From: the human T2T-CHM13v2.0 reference genome, Homo sapiens | Strand: one strand, 5' to 3' | Assembly (NCBI RefSeq): GCF_009914755.1 | Contig: NC_060926.1 | DNA: 64,000 nucleotides | Shown here: positions 55,981 to 64,000 of the stretch, in pieces | Position numbering within the stretch: the first letter of the stretch is position 1 | Layout of the letters: the number at the start of each line of letters is the position of its first letter | The notes under the pieces: model-generated | The model's input: the letters and a program-made list of their open reading frames with translations, nothing else | Databases searched by the model: none | Told to the model about the DNA's origin: nothing | Position numbers and translations under genes: made by a program

Positions 55981-57672
55981 TTCCAATTGTCCCCATTCTA
56001 TAGATAAGCAAACTGTGAAAATAAGCAACTAGTTCTAAGATCACATAGTAAAGGACCAGATTCAAATTTAAATCTGCCCAACACAAAAGCCCCATATTTT
56101 CCCACTAAAAATTATGCCTGTCTTCATTTTTAACTGAGAAATAACTCTACATATATCTTCAGAATGGAAGAATGTGGCCTCCAAAGTAACCAGGCTATAG
56201 TAACCGCACCAAAATTATTGCTGGATGATTAATTGGAGAGGGTGTCAGCTGTCCTACCCACTTACCTCCACAGTATGTGCTCAGCAGTACCAGCCTTAAA
56301 CTTTGGGCTTCAATTACAAGGTCATTCATCCAAAGAAGAACCCTGGAATCCTGGGGCTGCCAAGATACATGAGACCACTGTACACAGGGCCTAAGCTCTA
56401 GCTAGAGTCCTCTCCTATAGGCCAGAAGAGAAGGAAATGGGTGGGGCAGATGATGGGAGGTGGTCAAACGTATGGTACAGCAGGGAGGCATCCAAAGAAC
56501 CATGAAGGTCCTCACTGAACTGGGTCACTTGTGTGACTTGAAGGATAGACTTTTAATTAAGGACAGAAGAGAAGATAAGAACTACAAAATGGAAAAGAAA
56601 GGAAAGGTAGACTAACCCTTGCCAAACTCCCAAACTGTTAATTTGGTGATCTTAGGCACTCATCACTCTTGAAATATAAAAACAGATCAGATTTCTCCAT
56701 GATTCTCGCAACATACGTTTGAGGAGGAATTATTTGTGATACTATGAATAACAACAAATAACTAGCAGTTATAGAGTACTTATTACGCACTACACACAAG
56801 AATCATATTCTATTTTCATTTTACTACAAAGAAATCAGTTCTCAGAAAATATAAGTGACTTGTCCAAGATCACACAGCCAGAGAGTGAATTCGTTTTAGC
56901 CAGAATTCAAGTCTCCAAGTCTGTCCAGTAATCTTCCCATGACTCAGAAACACTCCAGACTTCCCTGCTCCCAACCAATCACCCAACCACCGCTACACAC
57001 TTCACCATCATTGGTCCCAACCCAGGCTCACCCTAGAGTATATGCTGACTTATGTCCTTTGATTTCAAACCCCTGAAACCCTTGTCTTCATCAGTACATG
57101 TCCTTCTATGTACACTGCCCTCAGAATACTGTTGAACACTACAGCCAACTTAAAAGATACTCTAATAAACCAATTCTACTCCAATAAGTTAATCATTATA
57201 ATGTTATGCTTTCGTCAGGTGCCAATGGGGCTTAAGAAAACAGTGCCTAAAAGAATAATGTAAACTGTGGGCAAGAGTGTGATATAGAGATTTTCCAAGT
57301 CCTATGTTCATACGTGTGAGTGTGATAGGTTTACAGACTAACTCCAGACAAAGCAAGCCACTATTCCTCTTTCAGAAGGGCCAACTCAGGCTGAAGTAGC
57401 CTATTGCCTGGGGGAGGAAGAAGGGAAATAATAATCATTATTCCCTTCCTCATAAATGATATGAATAATAGGGGCCAACATTTACTGATTGCTTTGTATT
57501 GGGTATTTTATCAGTACCACAATTAAACCACAATTCCATGAAGTAGGTGTTATTGTTAGTCTCATTTCCAGATGAGGAAACTGAGACAGGGAGGCTATGT
57601 AATCTCACCATGCTAGTGCTATGCAGGCTTGGGACTCAACAGGTATTCTTTCAAACGGCAAAATTCTCATTC

Positions 57673-57981
<309 letters not shown>

Positions 57982-58299
57982 AATGCTCACTCTTAACCAG
58001 TGCACTGATCCCCACCAGTTATTGCTTATCGTGTACCTATTATGCGCATGGCACTGTGCGAACCTTAAACATATTAATTTCATTGAAACCTCATGGCAAG
58101 CCTTGGAGATAGGTATTATCATTATCCCCATCTGACAGATGAGGCTCAGGAAAGAAAGGAAACTGAGTTAATGTGGAGCTGGAACCGACGACACGCATTC
58201 TGACTAAGAGCTCTCTTATTCAGCACGACTGATTCCTATTCAAGTTTAGGTATTTCTCTTTCTACTTCATTTAGGTTAAAAGGCTTTCCTCTCCAGGAG

Positions 58300-59050
58300 C
58301 CTGGCAAGCCAAGCCCGCCCTCTGCGGGGCAACAGCACGAGGCATTACCCCTACAGACCACTTGGCGGCGCCGTCCGTCCTGAGTTGGAGAGAACGGTGG
58401 GCAAGTAGGGCTCCTTCCGCACGCTGCACGGTTCTTCTCCGGGCCCGCCCCCTTCCAGCAACAGCCAATCAGAAACTCGCTGACAGCGCTAGGCTCTCCA
58501 CGGTAATGGCCGTGGATGATAATTGGCTAAGTCTCTTAAGGGACGTCTGGTTTCCGGGGACGCAGTGATAAGCGCAGAACGGGAGGTCTCTGAAGCAAGA
58601 TGGGGGCTCCAGACATAATCTTTACCTGAATAAGTCCCAACGCTGGGAGTGTCAGCCCGATCCTCCTACGGTGGAAAAGGCGGCAGCCAATTGCTACAGT
58701 CCCTTTAGGCTTTTCTCTCCCGCCAATCCTCACTCTGCCCTACGGGAGGGTTCTTGGCCGCTTCAGCTCGGTTTGCTGCTTACCAACCCCGCGGCCCAAG
58801 GGGAGCACGGCTCCCTGGCCCGATGCCCCCGGGGTATGCAGAAGGGCCCAGCCGGGACAGCAGCCACTGCATTTCTTTGGCTTGCGCTGCAGTCCGGATG
58901 GAGCTCGGTTCTGACCCAGAACATGAGATCGGGTTCTCATTAATTCAGCCCAGGGCCTTGCACACGCGCCCCGCCCCTGCTTGAAGTGGCTCACCCCGGA
59001 CTTTCAGGATCTCACACGAAGTGCTTCGCTTTCCCCTGCAGGGATGGTAC
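58300..59050. promoter_or_regulatory. CpG-rich promoter-like island
   Basis: The only clearly CpG-enriched unique segment in the window. GC boxes at 58445-58451 and 58969-58977; CCAAT at 58465, 58687 and 58723; ATTGG at 58522; TTCCGG at about 58551; YY1-like AAGATGG at 58597. Confidence 0.75.
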
Positions 59051-59149
59051 TCTCTGAGCGCCCTTGGAACTTTGTAAATAGCTGCATTGCAGCACTTCTC
59101 CATTGTTTTATTTCACGCATATTGGACTCAGGGTAGAGACCATATCTTA

Positions 59150-59325
59150 AACGTCTTTGCTTTGAGCAAGATATTTAAACTCTCTGTGCAGCATTTTTCT
59201 CAACTGTAAAGTGGGGATAGTAGTACCTCTTGCATAAAGTTGTGCGCACTAATACATGTAAAGCGCTTAGAAGAGGGTCTTGCACACAGCAGATGATCAG
59301 AAAATGTTAGCCACTTGTTATTCCT
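59150..59325. mobile_element. MIR SINE
   Basis: TTGAGCAAGATATTTAAACTCTCTGTG...CTGTAAAGTGGGGATAGTAGTACC...AATGTTAGC. Confidence 0.75.
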
Positions 59326-61513
59326 ACAATGCCTAGCACAAACACATCATAAATACTCTACAGTGCTTAGAATCAGTTTCATATATTTGTTCTTGGAGGT
59401 TTAAATCTCAGCTTTGTCAGAACTGCTCCAAGAAGGAAACGGTAAATATATATACACATGGCTGTAAATGTGTCCAAGTGCTTCAACATGCAGTGGCAGT
59501 TGAGAACAGCAGGGAGCCTGGGTTCAAGTTCTGACTGCAGCTGAACAGCCGAATGACCAATAGAAAATTAACTAAAACTTAACTCCTCAGCTGGGGAATG
59601 GAGATGATCATAATAATATCTACTTCATCGGGTTGTGGTGCTTGCATTCTTATCCCACTTTCACTTTGGGAGCTAGGACAAGAATGTAATGACACAGTAT
59701 AGTATTTCTACCTTATATGTGTCTCCCACTTTAACTTTTGCAAAGCACATTCATATATTATCTCATTTAATACTCACAGCAACCCTGTGAAGCTCAGAGC
59801 ACTTCCTGGTTGGAATCCTACAGCATGTCCATGGTGAGCTGCAGCTCGGTTTCTTTGAGTGCAATTTCAATGTCAGTGCCATTGCTCTGCATCAGGACTG
59901 AACCAGTGACCACCTGGGTCTCAGATAAGCAGAAGGATTTGCATCCTAGATTTTCAAGCCAGTTGTTCTATTTTTTTTATTTCTGATTACAGCAGAAAGA
60001 CGTAGTTACATTATCTTTTAAAATGTGAACAAAACAAAGTGCAAGGTCTGGTCGACCTTCACACACACTCCCCAGAGGCAGCCACTGTCATCCATTGAGT
60101 GTGGCATCTTCCTAACCTCCTGGGTATGGTTTCATGCATGTACCTGTGGCGGGGAGAAAGCTAGGTTTTTTTGTTGTTGTTCTTTTGCATAAACATGATT
60201 GTATTTTAAAATTTATTCTACAACTTGTTTTCTTCAATTAACAGTACATCTCAAAGATCTTTTTATGTCTGTATCCTTATTTCTTTTTAACTATTGCAGT
60301 CTTTTATACCTGAACTCATTTAACCATTCTCTTGTTGTTAATTCTAATTTTTAAAGCCAAGTTTTTCTTAATCCCCCTCAAGTCCCAATTTTGTTGTAGC
60401 TGGTTAGATTCTGAACAGCCTCTGGGCCTAAAGATTCAAGTCACCAGGAAATGAAATCCTTATGGTCAAGAGTTCCACCTAGCTCCATATTCTTCCCATA
60501 CTACAAGCCCAAAGCCCTGGCAAGCTGTGAAACTGGAGTCCCTCCTCCCAAGAGGAAAGAGTGGGAAAGAGGATGCCCACATAGGGCCAAAATGGGCTGA
60601 TGACGACTTTACTCCTCAGAACATTGCTCAGAGCTGAGGACATCTCTGTAACTTTAAAAGCCTCCTAATTCCCTCCGAGAATCTGCATGGCTGAGATCCC
60701 TTCTGAAGAGGTGAAGCTGGTGAAACTTTCTCTTCCTTGAGGCCCTGGTGACCCTCATGACTCAGTCCTTCCCCAGGCCCACCCCTCACTTCCAACACCC
60801 ACAAGTATCTCCCAGGGTTGAAACCTCTACTTCAGAACGCAGACTTGGAATTGAATTGCAGGGAAATGGTGGGCACATCCTGTGGGTACTTGTGAAACAC
60901 ATGGACCTCAGATCCTCAGATAACCCTAAAAGAAATGATGTGGGCTGGCCACGGACTGGTCTAGGGACAGTGTCACTTCAGGCAAAATGAGAGGTAGAGA
61001 ATCAGGGTAGAAATCAGCAGATTACAGGCACAATTCCACAAGGGAATGTGCTGACTTCGTGACCCTTAACTCCATGCCCTTTCTACCCAGCTCCAAAAGG
61101 AATTCACTTGCCTTTTCTCCAGCTACAACTAAAGAGTCTGTGGAAGGAGAAATAGGTAAAAGTCTCATCCCATGAATTTCAGACACATCTCTGGCGCACC
61201 CAGCATTTTGTACATTAGCCAAAAAGCACATATTCCCAGTTGAATACAATCACACACATATAACACAAATGGAGTCATGTTCACAATCAGGACACCAAAC
61301 TGAATCTATGTTGAAGATGTTCTGTATTCTAACACCCAACAGAATAATGCACTGGAGCCATACCGGACAAACAACTTACAAAAATGGATCTCAGACTGGA
61401 AAATACATTTGAAAAAAATGCAATCTCACTAGTCATAAAAAAACATACAAAATTTTAAACCGGGATTTTATTTTTCACCTATAAAATTGTCATGTTACAA
61501 ATTATAATATGCA

Positions 61514-61563
61514 TTTCTTTTTTTTTTAAGAGGAAGTTTCGCTCTTGTTGCCCAGGCTGGAGT
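61514..61563 (-). mobile_element. About 50-bp Alu 3' stub inside an L1ME-like fragment (about 61380-61920)
   Basis: Poly(T) followed by GAAGTTTCGCTCTTGTTGCCCAGGCTGGAGT. Confidence 0.8.
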
Positions 61564-62397
61564 ATGAATATGGCTTATGACATACTTAAGAATGACAAAA
61601 ATTGCTCTGTCCTCTGTTGCTGGTGGTGGAATAAATTAGTTAAAGCCTTTTGGAAAAATAATTTGGCAATATGTATCCAAATCTCCTTAACCCAGCAATT
61701 TAATTTCTGAAAATCTAGTTAAATGAATAATTTCAAAGATTTTTGCATCAAGAAAACCTGGAAGCCAATATCCAACTTCAATATTCAAAAATAGGAAAAT
61801 GGTTAAATGAATATCGGCACTGTAAAGATGTGTAATAACATGGAAAATATGTATGATGGGGCATTGAATAAAGAAAATAAGATTCAAAAGAAACAGTTTG
61901 ATATTATTACAACTACGTTGAAACCCGTATTGTATACACACACAAACCCACACACAAATGATTTCGTTTACTCCTTTCAACAATCAGTGAGGAAACTGAG
62001 ACACAGGAGGGTTCAGGAACTGGCAGCTGGCCACATAGCGAGTGGTAGAGCCAAGTTTTATGCCCATGTTCTTCCCAAAATACCACAAAAGCAACCACTA
62101 ACTGTGAACAATGCTTGTTGAACTTGCAATCTGAAAGCTCCTATTTACATGTTTTAAGCCCATGAAGAGATTTTATAACTCAAGTAATGCTACTCCATGA
62201 GATCTCAAAGAGCACTTTTATCTCATCCAACTAGTCCTGCTCCAGGAAGAAGCCTCCAGAAGTCAAGTCAGGCTTCAGAAGCAAACAGAAGAATCTGGTG
62301 TGTTGCTGACGGAACTCCCAGGGAATCCACCCATCTTTGGGCAGAAGGCCCTTGCAAAATTACTTAGTAGGCCAACTTCAGTGATTTACACACAACC

Positions 62398-62806
62398 TGT
62401 GATGGTTAATACAGGTTCAATCAAATCAACTTGATTTGATTGAAGGATGCAAAGTATTGATCCTGGGTGTGTCTGTGAGGGTGATGCCAAAGAAGATGAA
62501 CATTTGAGTCAGTGGACTGGGGGAAGACAGACCCAACCTTAATCTCGTGGGCACAATCTAATCAGCTGCCAATGAATATAAAGCAGGCAGAAAAATGAAG
62601 AGGTGAGGCTGGCCTAACCTCCCAGCCTTCATCCTTCTCCCACGCTGGATGCTTCCTGCCCTCAAACATTGGACTCCCAGCTCTTCAGTTTTGAGACTCG
62701 GACTCCCAAGTCTCTCCTTGCTCCTCAAGCTTGCAGACAGCCTATTGTGGGACCTTGTGATCATATAAGTTAATACTTAATAAATGCACTCACACTCTAG
62801 ATAGAT

Positions 62807-62854
<48 letters not shown>

Positions 62855-62928
62855 GATTAGATATAGATATCTCCATCCATCCATCTGTCCTATTAGTTCT
62901 GTCCCTCTAAGGAACCCTGACTAATACA
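62398..62928 (+). mobile_element. MLT2A (HERV-L) solo LTR with internal (GATA)n at about 62798-62855
   Basis: TGTGATGGTTAATAC...GGGTGTGTCTGTGAGGGTG...CCTATTAGTTCTGTCCCTCTA..GAACCCTGACTAATACA. Confidence 0.92.
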
Positions 62929-63399
62929 CAGTGCATTTCAGCTCTCCCTGGCCTAACTTTATTTGTTACAATCCATTTCAAGAACTTTTTAACACTAGGG
63001 GCTTAAAAGGGGGAGAGAGGATTTGCCAAATGCAAATCAAAAAGGAAAAAGAAATCTCACAAGTCATTGAGATACACAAACACCCCACACACCTGTTCTT
63101 GCCCTGATCCTCCATGTCCCTACTTCTTCCCCAAGACAGAAGGCTCCATGCCCTGCACTCTTCCCCTTGGAATGGATGGAGATGCTCCTGGAACACAGCT
63201 CAGCTATGGGGAGCCCCATCTCGTCTTTTCTGGAAGAAGCTGAAAAACAGGACTTTGTCTGATGATATCAGCTCAGTGCTATTCCTTGAGGCTGTCAGCA
63301 GGTCTTAGCCTTTATAAAGTGCTCTCTCTCTCTCTGTCTCTCTGTCTCTCTGTCACCTTGATGATCCTGTACATGGACAGAAACAGTCTTACATAGGCA

Positions 63400-63830
63400 C
63401 AGGTTATTATCTGCTCACTTCACTCCCAGTGGTCTTTCTTCCTTGGTAATAACAGAACCCTGACTTTTAGAGAGGAACATTGCCTTTTGGAATAAGACTA
63501 CACTTCCCAGCTTCTTCCCAGCTAGTTTACTGGCCAATTAGATGTAAGAAAAAACTGGGAGGCACAGTAAAGGGAGCCCCAGCCCCCCTTTCCCTTTGCC
63601 CCTTCCCACCTCCAATTTTCTGGGAATGAGATGGCCTTCACCAAAGATGGCAGTCAGAAACTAGGATGGCAGGGCAGAAATGTAAAAGGACACCGAGTCT
63701 TGACAAACAGAGACCTTGAACTGCCTACATGCGGACTTCTTTGACGTGAGAAAATCAAACCCTTATGTGTATAAGTCACTGTCATTTTAGGCTGTTATAT
63801 AGAGTCTGGTCTAATTCCTAAATGACTAGC
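63400..63830 (+). mobile_element. Old MLT1-like LTR
   Basis: GACTACACTTCCCAGC...GGACTTCTTTGACGTGAGAAAATCAAACCCTTATGTGTATAAGTCACTG. Confidence 0.55.
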
Positions 63831-64000
63831 CTCTCTTTCCCAAGGCTTAAAAGTATCTTAACTTACATAGAAAGACACATTTATAAATTAGAACCTTCTT
63901 ATAACTGGGCCAGGTTCACCAGCACACAATTAACATTGCACTCATGAAACATTTTGGACCAAAACATATACTTTATCTAAACCACACATTGGCATAGCCT

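Noticed and set aside
58271-58994. Overlapping ORFs in the CpG island
   Set aside because: They are short, stop-poor because of high GC, and show no recognisable protein similarity.

Overview
Primate (human-like) nuclear DNA, mostly interspersed repeats; I found no intact protein-coding gene. The main landmarks are: (1) a full-length processed LDHA pseudogene (37167-39186, +) inserted into an ancient L1 and itself interrupted by an Alu at its stop codon; (2) a tailless 3'-truncated U6 retrocopy (12019-12062); (3) two long ancient L1M elements in divergent orientation (about 13010-21410, - and about 35200-43040, +) that host nested Alu, MaLR, Tigger and a full-length HSMAR2 mariner; (4) an ERV1-like pol remnant at the left edge; (5) a CpG-rich promoter-like island at about 58300-59050 with GC and CCAAT boxes but no visible coding exon. 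The least ordinary signals are several small fold-back or templated-insertion scars (4832-4904, 13522-13602, 62416-62444), a roughly 95-bp unique-sequence tandem duplication and compact transcription-factor motif clusters. I found no evidence for a new multi-gene biological system. Repeat subfamily names come from recalled consensus sequences and need RepeatMasker/Dfam confirmation; boundaries of old elements are approximate.
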